Shown here: positions 63,953-64,000 of the stretch, one piece after another
Numbering within the stretch: position 1 is the stretch's first letter
How the letters are laid out: each line of letters starts with the position of its first letter
DNA from: a bacterium
GTDB lineage: Bacteria; Bacillota; Clostridia; Oscillospirales; Oscillospiraceae
Length of the DNA: 64,000 nucleotides
Reading direction: 5' to 3'
Assembly (NCBI GenBank): GCA_963661735.1
Contig: CAVLCF010000111.1
Coordinates: 8,063-72,062, forward strand
Position numbers and translations under genes: made by a program
Notes under the pieces: model-generated
The model's database searches: none
What the model was told of the DNA's origin: nothing
Seen by the model: only the letters and a program-made list of their open reading frames with translations

Positions 63953-64000
63953 TACACACCTCCAAACTGAATTTCTGTGCCTGCAATCTCACTGACATTT

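Larger units (their letters stand above)
40150..64000. mobile_element. Integrated conjugative or mobilisable element, left end and most of the body (right end outside the window)
   Basis: Abrupt change to AT-richer sequence at ~40.15 kb. Two tyrosine recombinases at the edge, then a VirD4-type coupling protein, MobL-like relaxase, RHH accessory protein, methyltransferase, ImmA-type regulator, and DUF4314-type ICE proteins. The exact left junction (40123-40337) is not resolved. Confidence 0.8.

Noticed and set aside
63953-64000. Possible 3' end of another minus-strand gene overlapping the DUF4314 gene start (TAATG).
   Set aside because: Too little sequence lies within the window to support a call.

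Overview
The window has two parts. All family calls come from motif recognition by eye; no searches or statistics were run.

**(A) 1 to ~40.1 kb: high-GC Clostridia-type chromosome.**
- A 2-hydroxyacyl-CoA dehydratase (Had/Fld/Lcd-like) cluster sits beside an acyl-CoA ligase and a GntR/FadR regulator.
- An 11-gene minus-strand operon runs acd-etfB-etfA-FAD oxidase-ptb-P-loop ATPase-2-oxoacid:ferredoxin oxidoreductase (delta, alpha, beta, gamma)-buk-MFS. Together these look like a Stickland-type or 2-hydroxyacid fermentation island.
- Interleaved with them are five paralogs of a ~600-aa protein I do not recognise. Each has a signal anchor, an alpha/beta-hydrolase domain and a polytopic membrane domain.
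- These five genes flank three AgrCA-like LytTR two-component systems. Two of them carry 21-bp-period direct-repeat boxes upstream.
- A palindrome, TAGTTAACTA, recurs in four promoters across this part.

**(B) ~40.15 to 64 kb: left part of an integrated conjugative/mobilisable element.**
- Backbone genes: two tandem tyrosine recombinases, a split cytosine methyltransferase, a DinG-like helicase, an ImmA/Com-like regulatory pair, a VirD4-type coupling protein, and a MobL-like relaxase fused to Sel1 repeats.
- An AT-rich cargo islet holds two convergent ABC/AAA-ATPase plus small TOPRIM-like gene pairs. These are candidate anti-phage modules.
- Further cargo: a DUF4143-type ATPase and a PAPS-reductase-like gene.

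No rRNA, tRNA or CRISPR array was seen.
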